Source of the DNA: an uncultured Acidimicrobiales bacterium
Lineage (GTDB): Bacteria; Actinomycetota; Acidimicrobiia; Acidimicrobiales; SHLQ01
Assembly (NCBI GenBank): GCA_937934655.1
Contig: CALGZB010000058.1
Span: 6,579-70,578 of the forward strand
Direction of reading: 5' to 3'
DNA: 64,000 bases
Shown here in pieces: positions 56,220 through 64,000 of this stretch. The notes below the pieces were generated by a model. The model was given only the letters and a program-made list of their open reading frames with translations. It had not been told where the DNA came from and made no database searches. The stretch's first letter is position 1; each line of letters starts with the position of its first letter. The translations under genes were made by a program, and so were the position numbers.

Positions 56220-57239
56220 ATGTCCGACTCCCAGAATGCTCAATCGATGTGTGCCCTCATCGCCGGCGGCCCGTTCATCGATGCCAATCAGCTTCCTGAG
56301 GCGCTTGGTTGGGAACTCAAGCCCCAAGGCCTCTGCCAGGACGACGTTTGTGTACCGGTAGCCGATGTTGCCGCACTGAAAGAGGACTCGGGAGATCGTC
56401 TCGATGTCCTTGCGGTAGCGGCAACGCTCGATCGACCCGCCGTGCATGACGATGTTGCCAACATCGTGGCAGTCGGCGCCCCGCGTGCGTCACGTCGACA
56501 AGCCATTAACGATCTCGTCGCTCCGGACTTCGCCTTGCCGGACCTGGCCGGCTCGTTGGTTGCTCTCAACGACTTCCGCGGCAAGAAGAAGCTCCTCGTC
56601 GCATTCTCGAGTTGGTGAGGATGCCTCCTTGACCTGCCCGGGTGGCAGGAACTTCACGACGAACTCGCCGACCAGAACTTCACGGTCGTCGCCGTCGCCA
56701 TCGACGAAAACGTCGAGGCGATTGCAAAGGCCGCTGAGGGCATCACCTATCCGATCTTGATCGATGCCGAGCATCTCGTTACCGAGCTGTACGCGATCTC
56801 GAATGTCCCGACCGTGATCTGGATCGATGAGAACAACCAAATCATCCAGCCCAACTGGACTGCCTTCGGAACCGATACCTTCGTCGAATTCACCGGTGTC
56901 GAGTCGGGCCCGCAAAAGGACCTCATTCGTCGATGGGTTACCAACGGCGACGTGATGATGACCGCCGACGCTGCCACCGACGCGGTCCATGACCTGAGTC
57001 CCGAAGAGGAACAGGCCCGCCTCTACTTCCGGATCGGCGCCCATCTGCGTCGTGCCGGCGACGAACCTGGCGCCGAGCGAAACTTTGCCATGGCGGTCGA
57101 GCTCGCCCCCTATGACTGGACCGTGCGCCGAGCCGCCATGCCGTTGCGGGGCGCAGATCCCTTCGGCGAGGAGTTCTTCACCATGTATGGCGAATGGCAG
57201 GAAGCTGGTTCCCCGTATCACGGGGTCCCCTCCCGTTAG
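56220..57239 (+). CDS. TlpA/ResA-like thioredoxin-fold oxidoreductase with in-frame TGA (56616-56618) at the redox-motif position: candidate selenoprotein, or a recently disrupted gene
   Basis: Track ORFs 56220-56618 and 56757-57239 share one frame, and no other stop lies between them. Read-through gives APDFALPDLAGSLVALNDFRGKKKLLVAFSSW-[TGA]-GCLLDLPGWQELHDELADQNFTVVAVAIDEN...NVPTVIWIDENNQI, i.e. W-U-G-C where this family normally has W-C-x-x-C. Confidence 0.55.
56633..56649 (+). promoter_or_regulatory. Short GC hairpin 15 nt 3' of the in-frame TGA (possible bacterial SECIS apical stem-loop)
   Basis: CCUGCC-CGGGU-GGCAGG forms a 6-bp stem with a 5-nt G/U-containing loop. Confidence 0.3.
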
Positions 57240-57279
57240 CCAGCTCGTGCGGTACCCGATGTCCAACTAGCTTCAGGCG

Positions 57280-58701
57280 GTGGCATTGGGGAATCTCGAG
57301 TACAAGACGATCGTCAAGATCATCTACATCATGGCTGTGTTTATGCAGATCATCGATGGGACCATCGTCAACGTTGCCATCCCAACGCTTGCCGACGAGT
57401 TCGGTGTCGAAGATACCGACATCGACTTGGCGATCGTCAGCTTTCTCGTTGCGCTGGCCGTCTTTTTGCCGGCCTCTGGGTGGCTCGGCGACCGATTTGG
57501 CTCGAAAGGTGTGTTCCTCGGTGCACTCTCACTCTTCACGCTTGCCTCGGCGTTGGCTGGCACCTCGTCGACGCTCAACCAGCTGGTGGCGTGGCGAATC
57601 CTCCAGGGCGCATCGTCAGGGATCATGACGCCGCTGGGTTCCGCCATGTTGTTCCGGGCATTCCCGCAGAATGAGCGAGCAAAGGCCGCCACCGCCATCA
57701 TCGGCGTCGCGGTTATTGGGCCAGCGCTTGGGCCGGTTCTCGGAGGTTTTCTCATCGAGTTTCTCAATTGGCGATGGATCTTCTACGTGAACATCCCGAT
57801 GGGTGTGACTGCCTTGCTGCTCGGTGTCACCCAGCTACGCGACGAAAAAAGTCCGACCAAAGAGCGCTTCGATGTCGTCGGTTTCTTCCTCTCCGGAGTC
57901 GGACTTGCCGTACTGCTCTTCGCAATCGATCGGGCCAAGGACGATGGCCTCACCTCTGGGGGCGTGCTTGCCGGATTGGCGATTGGCGTTGGCCTGCTCG
58001 TCACGCTCATCGTCCATCAACTTCGGGTCGACCAGCCGCTCCTTCAGCTCCGTTTGCTCTCGAGCGGAATCTTTCGGGCAAGCAGCCTGGTGAGCTTTCC
58101 CACGTATATGGGATTCATGAGCCTGATCTTTGTGCTCCCCGTCTACTTACAATCGCTTCTCGGCAACGGTCCGCTTGAAACAGGGCTGGCGATGATGCCT
58201 CAACCAATCGGGGTCATGATCTCGTCGCAGATCGTTGGCCGAAGCCTGTACAAAAGATATGGCCCCCGTCGTATTCTTCGGTTTGGAACCATTGCAGGTC
58301 TTCTCATTGGTCTGGCCTTCGCTGCGATACTCGACCTCAACACTTCGTTACTCACGGTTGCGTTCCTCTCCTTTATCCGGGGTCTCGCGATGGGCTGCGT
58401 TTTTGTGCCGCTCCAAACCGCCACCTACGCACAAACCACCTATGCCGATACCGCCAAAGCCACCACTCTGTACGGCATGCAACGCCAGCTTGGCCCGGCA
58501 GTCGGTATCGCCACGGCAGCCACGATTCTTGGTTCGATGAACAACGATCTTCCCGAGTCGGCATTGGCGGACCGACTCGACGGATTCAAGGTGGCCATGC
58601 TCGTGAGTGCGGCATTCTTTGCCATCGCAGCCTTGTTCACGCAGACCATTCGCGACGAGGACGCCGCCAGCACGCTGACCGAGGCAACGACATCGTCTTG
58701 A
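57280..58701 (+). CDS. MFS transporter, DHA2 (14-TMS EmrB/QacA-like) family
   Basis: FMQIIDGTIVNVAIPTLADEFGV, GWLGDRFGSK, and about 14 hydrophobic segments. Confidence 0.8.
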   Translation: MALGNLEYKTIVKIIYIMAVFMQIIDGTIVNVAIPTLADEFGVEDTDIDLAIVSFLVALAVFLPASGWLGDRFGSKGVFLGALSLFTLASALAGTSSTLNQLVAWRILQGASSGIMTPLGSAMLFRAFPQNERAKAATAIIGVAVIGPALGPVLGGFLIEFLNWRWIFYVNIPMGVTALLLGVTQLRDEKSPTKERFDVVGFFLSGVGLAVLLFAIDRAKDDGLTSGGVLAGLAIGVGLLVTLIVHQLRVDQPLLQLRLLSSGIFRASSLVSFPTYMGFMSLIFVLPVYLQSLLGNGPLETGLAMMPQPIGVMISSQIVGRSLYKRYGPRRILRFGTIAGLLIGLAFAAILDLNTSLLTVAFLSFIRGLAMGCVFVPLQTATYAQTTYADTAKATTLYGMQRQLGPAVGIATAATILGSMNNDLPESALADRLDGFKVAMLVSAAFFAIAALFTQTIRDEDAASTLTEATTSS

Positions 58702-58740
58702 CACGCAAACCGGGTTGGTTACGATAACTAGAACACGTTT

Positions 58741-58774
58741 CAGTATTGCTCTCAGTATCTGCTCTGAGTATCTG
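58741..58774. promoter_or_regulatory. Three tandem 12-13-bp units [C/G]AGTAT(T/C)(T)GCTCT upstream of the LLM/TetR pair; candidate operator array
   Basis: cagtattgctct cagtatctgctct gagtatctg lies 24 nt upstream of ATG 58798. Confidence 0.35.
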
Positions 58775-58797
58775 TTTCCCAGGGGGAATCGTTCGAC

Positions 58798-60009
58798 ATG
58801 GAATTTGGCGTCTTTAGCAACGGCTACACACCCGGTCCGGCAGCACACGACACCGAGTCGGAACACACCGAGCTCATGCGTGAAGCCGGATATGCGGTAC
58901 TCGCCGACAAACACAACTGGAAATATGCGTGGTTTGGCGAACACCACGGGCTCGTCGAGTACAGCCATATGGCGGCTCCTGCCCCGGTCATGGGATGGGT
59001 CGCGGCCCAAACCGAACAAATCCACGTCGGCTCAGCCATCACCAGTTTTCCGGTTACCAAAGAACATCCGGTTCGGTTCGCCGAACGCGCCGCGATGCTC
59101 GATCACATCACGAACCAACGATTCGAGTTCGGCACCGGCCGAGGCGCAGGCAGCCACGAACTCGCCACCTTTAGCGGCACCGAACTCAGCCAAACCAAGG
59201 CCATGTGGAACGAGGTCATTCGCGAGATTCCCCGCATGTGGGAAGTGAAGGACTACCAGTTCGAAGGCAACGGTTGGTCGGTACCCGCTCCGCACAATAT
59301 TCTCCCAAAGCCCTACGGCAAAGGTCATCCACCCCTCTGGGTTGCCTGCGGAAACCCACAAACATTCGCTATCGCCGGATCTCTTGGAATCGGCGCTATC
59401 GCCTTTAACTTCGAACCGATTCACAACCTGAAGGGGCGAGTCGATTCCTATAAGGAAGGCGCGGAAAACGTTGTCGAACAAGTGGGCCAGTTCCAAAACA
59501 ACAACGTGATGATGACCAACGCGGTGATCTGTTTGGAGGATCGCGAACGGGCCCGAGAGATCGCCAAGGCCAAAGGCCGGGGTTACCTCGTGACCATGGT
59601 CAACCTTTACCACGACTCGATGCCCCAATCCCCCGACGCCATCGTCTGGCCGGATCCGCCACGCGACGTTCCTTGGACCGACGAACTTCTCGACATGGCC
59701 ATCGCCGGTGGCTACATGTTGTGCGGCGATCCCGAAGAGGTGACCGAACAGCTTGCCGCCTACCAAGACGTTGGCTGCGACCAGGTGGCATTCGGGCTGC
59801 CCATCGAGGGAATGCAGCACGAAGAGATCGAAGAAATGATCGAGCTGTTCGGGGATCAGGTCATTCCCGAATACGACACCGATCCAGTGCACTCGACCAC
59901 AAAGTTCCGCCAGGCGGCAATCCGTCAGTACCCGGACTTCGAACATCCCATTCCCGACGGGATCGATGTCTCAATTATCCCCGATACCGCAATCTTGCCG
60001 CTCGGGTAA
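58798..60009 (+). CDS. LLM-class flavin-dependent oxidoreductase (luciferase-like monooxygenase)
   Basis: MEFGVFSNG..., AWFGEHH, FGTGRGAG and the C-terminal layout of about 400-aa LLM enzymes. Confidence 0.75.
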   Translation: MEFGVFSNGYTPGPAAHDTESEHTELMREAGYAVLADKHNWKYAWFGEHHGLVEYSHMAAPAPVMGWVAAQTEQIHVGSAITSFPVTKEHPVRFAERAAMLDHITNQRFEFGTGRGAGSHELATFSGTELSQTKAMWNEVIREIPRMWEVKDYQFEGNGWSVPAPHNILPKPYGKGHPPLWVACGNPQTFAIAGSLGIGAIAFNFEPIHNLKGRVDSYKEGAENVVEQVGQFQNNNVMMTNAVICLEDRERAREIAKAKGRGYLVTMVNLYHDSMPQSPDAIVWPDPPRDVPWTDELLDMAIAGGYMLCGDPEEVTEQLAAYQDVGCDQVAFGLPIEGMQHEEIEEMIELFGDQVIPEYDTDPVHSTTKFRQAAIRQYPDFEHPIPDGIDVSIIPDTAILPLG

Positions 60010-60025
60010 CGCTAAGTTCGTCGCT

Positions 60026-60649
60026 ATGTCGAGCGACGGCGAGGACACAAAACAGCAGCTCATTGCCCATGCCGTGCGCCTTATGGCCGATGGCGGCATC
60101 TTCCGTCTCACCAACCGCGAGATCATCGAAGCTGCCGGGCAACGCAATGCGTCTGCGGTCAGTTACCACTTTGGTTCGCGCTCGGATCTGCTCGATGCGA
60201 TCATCGATCAATTCGAAGAAGGGCTCGATGCCCACCGCGAGTCCCTTGCCCCAAACTGCAACGAAGAGACCCCAACTGGGGTGCTCATCGACGCCTTGGT
60301 TTTCTCCTACGGCACGTACCTCGAAACGACCGAGGGTCGCAGCTATGTCAAGGTCATCGACCAGCTCCGAGCCGAGACGCCGGAACCCGAACGCGAGATG
60401 GAAAGCAACGCGTATCTCCGACGGATTCTCGAGGTCCTTGGGAAACGCCCGGCGGAACTCGATCCTCTGCTTCGCTACGAACGACTCAAGGCCATGACGC
60501 TTCTCCTCACGTCAGCGGTCGCCAACCGAGCCAGAGCAGTTGATGCCGGTAAACCACAAGGGCTCACCGACGCAGAATTTCTCGCAAGTCTCAGCGACAT
60601 GCTCACCGCAATGATCGAAGCGCCCATCATTGGCAGGAAACACCCATAA
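60026..60649 (+). CDS. TetR family transcriptional regulator
   Basis: HTH: LIAHAVRLMADGGIFRLTNREIIEAAGQRNASAVSYHFGSRSDLL. Start is set at ATG 60026. Confidence 0.8.
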   Translation: MSSDGEDTKQQLIAHAVRLMADGGIFRLTNREIIEAAGQRNASAVSYHFGSRSDLLDAIIDQFEEGLDAHRESLAPNCNEETPTGVLIDALVFSYGTYLETTEGRSYVKVIDQLRAETPEPEREMESNAYLRRILEVLGKRPAELDPLLRYERLKAMTLLLTSAVANRARAVDAGKPQGLTDAEFLASLSDMLTAMIEAPIIGRKHP

Positions 60650-60656
60650 CAACCAG

Positions 60657-60705
60657 AATCTCGTGACCCAGAGCGACAGAATTTGTCGCGTGGTGTCACG
60701 AGATT
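60657..60705. terminator. Nested inverted repeats between convergent genes (bidirectional terminator candidate)
   Basis: The outer 11-bp arms aatctcgtgac / gtcacgagatt enclose an inner gcgaca...tgtcgc hairpin. T/A runs flank the structure. Confidence 0.6.
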
Positions 60706-60711
60706 TCGATT

Positions 60712-62271
60712 TTAGTTGTCTTTGTCGCGGAGGAAGCGGCGGAGGATCTTGCCGGAGGCTGACTTGGGGATCTCGTCGATGAACTCGACCAGGCGGATCT
60801 GCTTGTAGCTGGCCACCTGTTCCTTCACGAAGCTCTTGATGTCGTCTTCGGATGCCTCAGCACCGGGTTTGAGGGTAACGAACGCCTTTGGAAGCTCGCC
60901 GGCTTCGACCTCGGGGATACCGATGACAGCAACGTCGGCAACGGCCGGGTGGGTGATGATGAGCGCCTCGAGCTCGGCAGGCGGCACCTGGAAGCCCTTG
61001 TACTTGATGAGCTCTTTGACTCGGTCGACGATGAACACGTTGCCGTGCTCGTCGATGCGGGCAACATCGCCGGTGTGGAGCCAACCGTCGGCATCGATGG
61101 TGTTGGCGGTGGCCTCATCGTTGTTGAGATAGCCCTTCATAACCTGCGGTCCACGAACCCACATCTCGCCCGGCGAGCCAACGTCTTGATCATTGCCCTC
61201 TTCGTCAACGAAGCGACATTCGGTATTGGAGATTGTGAGACCCGACGAGCCCGGCATGTCTTTGTCGGCCGGTGTGGCGTGGCTGACCGGCGAGAGTTCG
61301 GTCATTCCATAGGCCTGCACCACAGGTGCGTTGATTCGAGCGGACGCTTCTTGAGCGAGTTCGGCACCTAGGGGCGCTGCGCCGCAGACCACGAGGTCGA
61401 GCGATGAGATGTCGTAGTCGTCGATGATGGGTTGCTTGGCGAGCGCCAGAACCATCGGTGGCACCGCGAAGAACTTGGCGACCTTGAACTCGCCGATGAG
61501 CTCGAGAGAACGAACGAGGTCGAACCGAGGCAGGCTGACAACCGTCGAGCCGTTCGCGAGCCCGTAATTCATCAGAACCTGCATGCCATAGATATGAAAG
61601 AAGGGCAGGACTGCAAGCAGGGCATCGCCGTCGTTGAGGACCACGGCATGTTGAACTTGAGCGAGGTTGGCTACCAGGTTCTTGTGGGTGAGCATGACAC
61701 CCTTGGCCAGGCCGGTCGTGCCTGAGGAATACGGGAGAACCACGGTCTGGTCGTCGACGTCGATCGCAACCTGGCTGATCGGGTCGCCGAAGCAGTCGTC
61801 GAGCGGCGTCGCCACCGAACCTTCGGGGGCGTCGCCAATCGAAATGATCTCGGTGACCGCAGTGCCTTCGATAGCGGCGGCGGCGAGTGGCACGGTAGCG
61901 CCATAGGCAACCATGAGCTTGGCGCCAGAGTCGTTGAGCTGATGACGAAGTTCGTCGGGTGTATAGGTGGGGTTCAGCGTCGTGACGACAACACCGGCCA
62001 CTGCTGCGCCATGAAAGACCACAGCAAACTCAGGCGTGTTCGGAGCCATCAAAGCCAGCACGTCACCGAGGCCGAGACCGCGGGCCGCGAGCCCACCAGC
62101 GAATGCGTGAATCGCGTCGCTGAGTTCTTGGTAGGTGTACTGCTTGCCGGTAGCGCCACAGTGCATTGCTATGCGATCGGGACTGGTGGCGACCGGTCGC
62201 AAAACATAGGAGGTGATCGAGACGTCTGGGATCTCAACCTCGGGCAGGGGGCTCTGATGAATGATTGCCAT
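60712..62271 (-). CDS. AMP-binding acyl-CoA synthetase (4-coumarate/long-chain fatty-acid-CoA ligase family)
   Basis: LPYSSGTTGLAKGVMLTHKNL, QAYGMTE, GWLHTGDVARIDEHGNVFIVDRVKELIKYKGFQVPPAELE and SASGKILRR. Confidence 0.85.
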   Translation of the reverse strand: MAIIHQSPLPEVEIPDVSITSYVLRPVATSPDRIAMHCGATGKQYTYQELSDAIHAFAGGLAARGLGLGDVLALMAPNTPEFAVVFHGAAVAGVVVTTLNPTYTPDELRHQLNDSGAKLMVAYGATVPLAAAAIEGTAVTEIISIGDAPEGSVATPLDDCFGDPISQVAIDVDDQTVVLPYSSGTTGLAKGVMLTHKNLVANLAQVQHAVVLNDGDALLAVLPFFHIYGMQVLMNYGLANGSTVVSLPRFDLVRSLELIGEFKVAKFFAVPPMVLALAKQPIIDDYDISSLDLVVCGAAPLGAELAQEASARINAPVVQAYGMTELSPVSHATPADKDMPGSSGLTISNTECRFVDEEGNDQDVGSPGEMWVRGPQVMKGYLNNDEATANTIDADGWLHTGDVARIDEHGNVFIVDRVKELIKYKGFQVPPAELEALIITHPAVADVAVIGIPEVEAGELPKAFVTLKPGAEASEDDIKSFVKEQVASYKQIRLVEFIDEIPKSASGKILRRFLRDKDN

Positions 62272-62378
62272 AGTGGAGGCACATTACCGAACTCGCACGA
62301 ACCGTGCTGCACGCCAACCACAAGATCTGATCGCGCTTAACCACCGTCGAGGTGGTGAAGCGCGAAAATTTCGGGTGG

Positions 62379-64000
62379 TTAGGCGGTGTCGGTGATTTCG
62401 GACTGGAGTCCGAGGTCGGCGATGGATTTCTCGCGCATTTCGAGTTTGCGAACCTTGCCGGTGACCGTCATCGGGAAATCGTCGACAAAGGCCACGTAGC
62501 GAGGCACCTTGAAGTGGGCGATCTTGCCCCGACAGAACTCGATGAGTTCATCGGTGGTGAGGCGGGCGCCTGGGGCGAGTTGGACCCAAGCCATTACCTG
62601 TTCGCCGTACTTTGCGTCGGGGACACCGATGACCTGCGCGTCGGCGATAAGCGGGTGGGTGTACAAGAACTCTTCGATTTCGCGCGGGTAGATATTCTCG
62701 CCGCCCCGAATGATGAGGTCCTTGATACGGCCGACGATGTTCACGTACCCGTCGTCGTCCATCGTTGCGAGATCGCCGGAGTGCATCCAGCCGTCGGCAT
62801 CGATGGCTTCAGCGGTTTTTTCGGCGTCTTCCCAGTAGCCGAGCATCACGTGGAAACCGCGGGTGCAGTACTCACCGTCGGTACCCCGCTCGACCGTCTC
62901 GCCGGTCTCCGGATCGATGATCTTCGCTTCGACATGGGGAAGTACCCGGCCGACGGTGGTGACCCGGTGTTCGACCGAGTCGGTGGTGCTGGTTTGGGTT
63001 GAAACCGGCGACGTTTCGGTCTGGCCATAGGCAATCGTGACCTCGGACATGTTCATCTTGTCGATGACGTTGCGCATGACCTCGATCGGGCAGGGCGACC
63101 CGGCCATGATGCCCGTACGAAGCGAAGAGAGGTCGAATGCGTCGAGGTCTTCGTGGCCGAGTTGTGCCACAAACATTGTCGGCACCCCATAGAGCGAGGT
63201 GCAGGACTCATCCTGAACGGTTTGCAGTACGGCTTGCGGATCGAACGTGGGGCAAGGAATGACCATGGTGGCGCCGAAGATCGAGCACGCGAGGTTTCCC
63301 ATGACCATGCCGAAGCAGTGGTAGAAGGGCACCGGAATACATACCCGATCGGTATTTGAGTATCCGCACGCCTGGCCAACGAACTGCGCATCGTTGAGGA
63401 TGCTGCGGTGACTGAGGGTGGCCCCTTTCGGAAATCCGGTTGTTCCCGATGTGTACTGAATGTTGATGGCGTCGCTGGCCAGCAGGTTCGAGCTTCGTTC
63501 GGCGAGCTGCTCGTCGGTGATCGACGCTCCGGCGGCCTTCAGCTCGGCCCAGTCATCGGTGTCGAAGTAGATGACGTCGGTGAGTGTGGGCACGTTTGGG
63601 GCCACGGTCTCAACCATGTCTTGGTACATCGACGTGAGGTAGCTGGTGCAGGTGACCAGCATCTTGCATCCCGATTGCTGGAGCGCGTACTCGAGTTCGG
63701 TGGTGCGGTACGCCGGGTTCACATTGACCTGGATCGCACCGATCTTTGCGGTGGCGTATTGGATGTACACCCATTCGGCGAAGTTGGGGCTCCACATGCC
63801 GACGCGGTCGCCATTCGCGATGCCTCGGGCCATGAGCCCTTTGGCGACAACATCGACGGTCGCCGCAAACTCCGCCCAGGTTTGGCGAATGTTCTGGTAC
63901 GGCACCACCAAAGCTTCGTGGTCACCGAAGCGAGCAACGGTTGCCGCCAGGTTATCGCCGATAGTTTCTTCGAGAAGCGGCGTGTCGGTAGCTCCGCGAT
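62379..64000 (-). CDS. AMP-binding acyl-CoA synthetase (FadD-like); N-terminus lies outside the window
   Basis: [73 protein letters not shown] and TVTGKVRK. The frame stays open upstream of the track start (63911) to the window edge. Confidence 0.85.
   Translation of the reverse strand, partial: RGATDTPLLEETIGDNLAATVARFGDHEALVVPYQNIRQTWAEFAATVDVVAKGLMARGIANGDRVGMWSPNFAEWVYIQYATAKIGAIQVNVNPAYRTTELEYALQQSGCKMLVTCTSYLTSMYQDMVETVAPNVPTLTDVIYFDTDDWAELKAAGASITDEQLAERSSNLLASDAINIQYTSGTTGFPKGATLSHRSILNDAQFVGQACGYSNTDRVCIPVPFYHCFGMVMGNLACSIFGATMVIPCPTFDPQAVLQTVQDESCTSLYGVPTMFVAQLGHEDLDAFDLSSLRTGIMAGSPCPIEVMRNVIDKMNMSEVTIAYGQTETSPVSTQTSTTDSVEHRVTTVGRVLPHVEAKIIDPETGETVERGTDGEYCTRGFHVMLGYWEDAEKTAEAIDADGWMHSGDLATMDDDGYVNIVGRIKDLIIRGGENIYPREIEEFLYTHPLIADAQVIGVPDAKYGEQVMAWVQLAPGARLTTDELIEFCRGKIAHFKVPRYVAFVDDFPMTVTGKVRKLEMREKSIADLGLQSEITDTA

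Noticed and set aside
1-64000. Mobile elements, prophage or a defence island.
   Set aside because: No integrase, transposase, recombinase, phage structural gene, restriction/modification gene, toxin-antitoxin gene or nuclease/helicase defence-type gene could be recognised. Apart from short AT-rich promoter-like islands, composition looks uniform by eye.

Overview
Gene-dense, visibly GC-rich chromosomal window. Several families point to an actinobacterial host: F420-type LLM oxidoreductase, PAC2, DUF3097, WXG100 plus an FtsK-type secretion ATPase, a fused OleBC, and MetAP with an N-terminal extension. I can support about 50 protein-coding genes, one TPP riboswitch, and several hairpins and repeats. 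I found no rRNA, tRNA, CRISPR array, transposase or integrase. Main content, left to right: (1) the 3' end of an RNB ribonuclease; (2) an ECF sigma / membrane-partner cassette bracketed by two identical 42-nt palindromes, with the sigma gene broken by an in-frame TAG; (3) an oleA-oleBC-oleD olefin (head-to-head hydrocarbon) cluster; (4) housekeeping genes (map, MaoC, histidine phosphatase); (5) a TPP-riboswitch-controlled thiamine ABC importer next to thiD; (6) four large c-di-GMP signalling proteins spread across the window, two with intact GGDEF+EAL and two degenerate; (7) a DUF1800/DUF1501 pair; (8) a Lys/Ala-rich repeat protein; (9) an S8 peptidase with RTX-like repeats; (10) a compact type VII-like secretion module made of two unknown helical proteins, a WXG100 protein and a beta-grasp-FHA-3xFtsK ATPase; (11) tag, CapA, CFA-synthase-like, HIT-like, pentapeptide and DUF3097 genes; (12) a TlpA/ResA-like thioredoxin-fold gene whose redox-motif position holds an in-frame TGA followed by a hairpin, making it a candidate selenoprotein; (13) an MFS exporter, an LLM oxidoreductase, a TetR regulator and two acyl-CoA/AMP ligases. 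The most noteworthy items are the candidate Sec-containing oxidoreductase, the minimal T7SS-like module with its uncharacterised partners, and the palindrome-bracketed, nonsense-interrupted ECF cassette. All functional calls rest on motif recognition by eye. No database search was run.
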